DNA of 64,000 bases from the IMG/VR virus record IMGVR_UViG_3300020411_000002; one strand, written 5' to 3'. A program made the translations under genes and the position numbers. The notes under the pieces are model-generated. The model searched no databases. It was not told where the DNA came from and saw only the letters and a program-made list of their open reading frames with translations. Positions 63,656-64,000 of the stretch are shown piece by piece (positions within the stretch are counted from its first letter, which is position 1; each line of letters starts with the position of its first letter). Origin of the DNA: a virus. Its lineage: Duplodnaviria > Caudoviricetes.

Positions 63656-64000
63656 TTACGCGAATACGTGCTGGCGAATACGTTTTTGAAGTTCTGCAAA
63701 GTACTTAGGAGCATGGCTGTATACACGACGATAGTAATCTACAAGTTGCTGTACTTGTGTCTTACCAACATTACCAACTGCCGCAGAAGCTTCTTGCTCT
63801 GGCTCTGGATAGTCAACGAAGCCCATGTTTCCGACAACTTGCTTATCGCTAATCGTTACAGGTTTTTCGGCATCGCTAGCTAGTACGCTTAGATTACCAG
63901 TATAAGAAGCTGATGAATCAGATTCAAATTCAGGTGAAATAACAAAACCGAACTGAGTGCGTCCAGCATCTACAAACGAAACGTAATCACCAGACTTAGG
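63656..64000 (-). CDS. 3' end of a gene missing from the track (runs off the window end); probable structural protein
   Basis: Open for 114 codons: PKSGDYVSFVDAGRTQFGFVISPEFESDSSASY...LVDYYRRVYSHAPKYFAELQKRIRQHVFA*, followed by a terminator. Confidence 0.7.
   Translation of the reverse strand, partial: PKSGDYVSFVDAGRTQFGFVISPEFESDSSASYTGNLSVLASDAEKPVTISDKQVVGNMGFVDYPEPEQEASAAVGNVGKTQVQQLVDYYRRVYSHAPKYFAELQKRIRQHVFA

Noticed and set aside
146-63883. All plus-strand ORFs in the track (e.g. 10317-11072, 8247-8774, 25774-26262, 55985-56374, 63215-63883)
   Set aside because: Each lies antisense to a longer, motif-bearing minus-strand gene, lacks an SD, and shows the Ser/Leu/Phe-rich composition expected from the reverse complement of D/E- or K-rich coding DNA.
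1-64000. Stop-codon reassignment, tRNA genes, integrase, transposase, reverse transcriptase or DGR
   Set aside because: The standard code gives full-length genes, with TAA, TAG and TGA all used as stops. No cloverleaf-like or corresponding protein motifs were recognised by eye; a tRNAscan/Infernal run would be needed to exclude small RNAs.

Overview
The window is a 64 kb segment of a large, AT-rich, lytic myovirus (jumbo-phage-like) genome. Essentially all credible genes are on the minus strand. From start to end it holds: a tail module (partial baseplate-type gene, two tail-tube-like genes, sheath 1); a head module (major capsid protein, decoration-like protein, acidic scaffold-like protein); an ~11 kb block of probable head-internal proteins (including a topoisomerase IB, a DarA_C-like protein and an HExxH peptidase) plus a prohead protease; a GT2-TPR glycosyltransferase; an NAD-dependent ligase; a fibre/appendage module (1309-aa fibre, five tandem paralogs, three anchor-domain paralogs, one with Ig repeats); a second tail sheath; and a replication module (J-domain protein, UvsW-like helicase, beta-clamp-like protein, family A polymerase, 1928-aa SNF2-like ATPase, HNH). 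From memory, the gene content resembles the RSL1/Lu11/PaBG/JA11 type of jumbo phage; this is inference, not a search result. Two signals stand out. (1) A shared N-terminal leader (hydrophobic strand then S-x-S-A), conserved at protein level, on at least 8-10 unrelated proteins. The same motif recurs internally in the scaffold and in apparent polyproteins, suggesting a capsid-targeting and protease-processing system for injected cargo. (2) An in-frame A_AAA_AAG slippery site with an upstream SD-like element at the stop codon of a histone-H1-like protein, predicting a programmed -1 frameshift into the next ORF. I saw no tRNA, rRNA, CRISPR array or integrase. All family calls come from motifs recognised by eye; no database search or computation was run.
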